DNA of 63,977 nucleotides, filler included, from a bacterium (lineage in GTDB: Bacteria > UBA9089 > CG2-30-40-21 > SBAY01): NCBI GenBank assembly GCA_040757115.1. It is 18 parts of 18 records of this genome, joined end to end, with 100 filler letters (N's around TTAATTAATTAA, not from the genome) between each part and the next. Parts side by side here need not be neighbours in the genome. Positions count along the whole stretch, not along the records: positions 59,920 to 62,030 come from JBFLYA010000397.1; positions 62,131 to 63,977 come from JBFLYA010000407.1; 16 more parts are not named here. One strand, 5' to 3'. The notes below the pieces were generated by a model. It was not told the origin of the DNA and did not search any database. It was given only the letters and a program-made list of their open reading frames with translations. Shown in pieces: positions 61,818-63,977 of the stretch; the first letter of the stretch is position 1; every line of letters starts with the position of its first letter. Made by a program: the position numbers and the translations under genes.

Positions 61818-62415
61818 AATAAATAGTATCATATCATAAAATGGAAGAATTGTCAATAAAAAATCTTATCTTTCGTAATGGGTCAGTGAAATGGGGGATT
61901 CTTCTGAAAGTAGGAAGTAGGAGAGTAGGAAAGTAGGAAAGGGGGAGACATTGCCCCCAGAAGAGGAATACCGTGCACATCCTTTATCCCTTTCCTACTT
62001 CCCTACTACCTACTTGCCTACTATTTTCATNNNNNNNNNNNNNNNNNNNNNNNNNNNNNNNNNNNNNNNNNNNNTTAATTAATTAANNNNNNNNNNNNNN
62101 NNNNNNNNNNNNNNNNNNNNNNNNNNNNNNGAAAGGGGATAAGGAGATAAGAGTGATATGGAGATAAGATAATAGAAATAGATTGAAATTTATAGAAATA
62201 GGTAGAAATTGATTGGGGAAAACAACAAATTTCCATAAATTTCTATTAGTTTCTATTAATTTCAATTTTTTTATAATATCTCCCTATCTCCTTAATCTCC
62301 ACATCTCCTTTTGTTACACCACCTGAACGCTTACATAAATGCTATAGTTTCGTGAATTTTAATGGGCTGAAATCTTTTGAAAACATAAGGGAGAAGAATT
62401 ATTGCAATGTCGAGG

Positions 62416-63207
62416 TTAAAACCATTTAGTTAAAGAAAAAAGGTGGGTTGGTCCTAAAGCAGGATGAAAAATACACCCGTAATCAAGCTGAATAAGGTTA
62501 ATTAATATCCCTATCCCTAGAGTTGGCTGAGTCTGGGGATTCCTTTTCATCCCTGCCCGAAAACAAAAATTATTGGTAAGCCAAAATTCCTGCCCCAGTC
62601 TAATCTCTAAATCAAACCGATTGGTTTTTTCTAAATCAACGGCGATGGTAAGATTTTCTTTTGGGTTAATGCTTAACCCTAAATTATAGCTTTTTTCGAC
62701 ATCAATCAATGGCTGGTTTAAATTAAAGATAGCTAATCCCATCTTTATTTTTGGACTAACTTCGTATAATCCCCCAACATCTATCCCAATGTCACCCTCC
62801 TGTCCATATCCACCAATCTTTAAATACATCTGTTTAAAATTAATTCCAAGACAAAGATTTCTATGGACAAAAGTGCCCAGACCAACGATTAATAATTCTT
62901 CTCTATAATTAGTAGAGGCGATGAACTGATGATATGAAAAACCTCTACCTCCTTTGGGGAACGATTGAGCAAAATAGATAAGATTTTGTTTTAAATCTGG
63001 CAGGTCAAAAGGATGGGTATAAAAGAAGGTAATTTCGTTGAGGTTAAGCTGAGCCAATCCTGCGGGATTATAGTAAATAGCCTCAGCACCATCGGCAACA
63101 GCCGTAAAAGCCCCAGCCATTCCTTCTGCTCGCACACTTAAAGTCTTATTCTCAAAAGCCGCCTCAACATTAGATATTATTAGTAAAAACAGGAAAACAA
63201 TCCTCAT
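62416..63207 (-). CDS. PorV/PorQ-like outer-membrane beta-barrel
   Basis: RAEGMAGAFTAVADGAEAIYYNPAGL, LDYG, LGPTHLFSL, terminal F. Confidence 0.8.
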   Translation of the reverse strand: MRIVFLFLLIISNVEAAFENKTLSVRAEGMAGAFTAVADGAEAIYYNPAGLAQLNLNEITFFYTHPFDLPDLKQNLIYFAQSFPKGGRGFSYHQFIASTNYREELLIVGLGTFVHRNLCLGINFKQMYLKIGGYGQEGDIGIDVGGLYEVSPKIKMGLAIFNLNQPLIDVEKSYNLGLSINPKENLTIAVDLEKTNRFDLEIRLGQEFWLTNNFCFRAGMKRNPQTQPTLGIGILINLIQLDYGCIFHPALGPTHLFSLTKWF

Positions 63208-63355
63208 ATTAAAAATTAACCCATTTTAAAAGGCATTCATCTAAAGTAAGCACTTGCTCTCTGATGGCGGAAAATTCACAGATGAACACTTGTATCCATT
63301 ATACCCTCTATCTTTATTTAAGTCAAGGATTTTTATTTGTTTTCAACTCCCTGGA

Positions 63356-63746
63356 GACCGTTCAGGTGGTAATTTACCGCAGAGACGCAGAGGAACAGAG
63401 AAGACATAGAAATAAATTAAATCACATAAAAAGATTATTGATGCAGACATTGAAATACATAGTGTCGTGTTGAACAAATAACGCACGGAATTTGATTCTG
63501 GTAACTGGTGATTGGTAACTGGTAATTAAATACCGTTCGGCTGATCTCAGGACGAAACTATTTAACCAGTTACCAGTTACCAATTATCCGTTTGCAGGTT
63601 ATGAAATCTGATGATACGCCGTGCAAAACTTACTCAACACGACAATAGAACCTGCTTGCCGAATGTTCAGCAGGCAAGCCAGATTGGTTAATCATAAATT
63701 TTAATTTTCTTCTCTGCGTCTCTGTGTCTGTGCGGTGAACGGTTAC
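63356..63746. mobile_element. GTAA-family MITE with a nested element
   Basis: GAGACCGTTCAG..GTGAACGGTTAC; homologous to 45170-45381 with an insert GTGTCGTGTTGA..TCAACACGAC. Confidence 0.65.
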
Positions 63747-63888
63747 TTAATTTTTAATTAATTTTAGTAGGTTTTACCAAAATAGTATAAGATATTTTAA
63801 AAAAATTCTCGCCAGCCTCTTGACAATAAAAGAAAATTATGTTATATTTTAAGTAACTATTCACCACGAAGGGTACGGAGAGCACGAA

Positions 63889-63977
63889 GTGAAATTTGAT
63901 GAATTATCGAATAGAGTCATTGGATGCGCTATAGCGGTGCATCGAACTCTTGGGCCAGGTTTGCTTGACACCGTGAA
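63889..63977 (+). CDS. GxxExxY protein, N-terminal part
   Basis: MKFDELSNRVIGCAIAVHRTLGPGLL. Confidence 0.75.
   Translation, partial: MKFDELSNRVIGCAIAVHRTLGPGLLDTV

Overview
The window is about 18 short contigs of a low-GC bacterial assembly (probably a MAG), joined by artificial N-TTAATTAATTAA-N linkers, so synteny holds only within a contig. Most contigs carry housekeeping genes (rtcB, tyrS, ccdA, hisH, lsrF, SurA/PpiD-like PPIase, fhs, uppP, HU/IHF, two-component kinases) or toxin-antitoxin pairs, and intergenic space is dense with nested MITEs and heptamer repeats. The standout is the first 11.6 kb. Three 132-bp attC-like sites on the minus strand delimit unusually large cassette-like units: a PabI-family restriction glycosylase system, a DUF4160/DUF2442 pair with an IS110, and a 6.3-kb 'histidine island'. 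The island encodes a divergent, truncated MIO ammonia-lyase, a long-form HisG with a remodelled His-feedback site, a tRNA-His(GUG) lacking G-1 (G1:U72, A73) next to a Caulobacter/Rhizobiales-type HisRS, a frameshifted unknown gene, a 67-aa candidate precursor peptide (YHCDVKCTD) and a radical SAM/SPASM enzyme. Other notable items are a group II intron with an unusual domain V inside IS21 remnants, a type III CRISPR csm5/CARF fragment cut at both ends by the same inverted element, and an FHA-nucleotidyltransferase fusion. All calls come from motif recognition by eye; no database searches were run.
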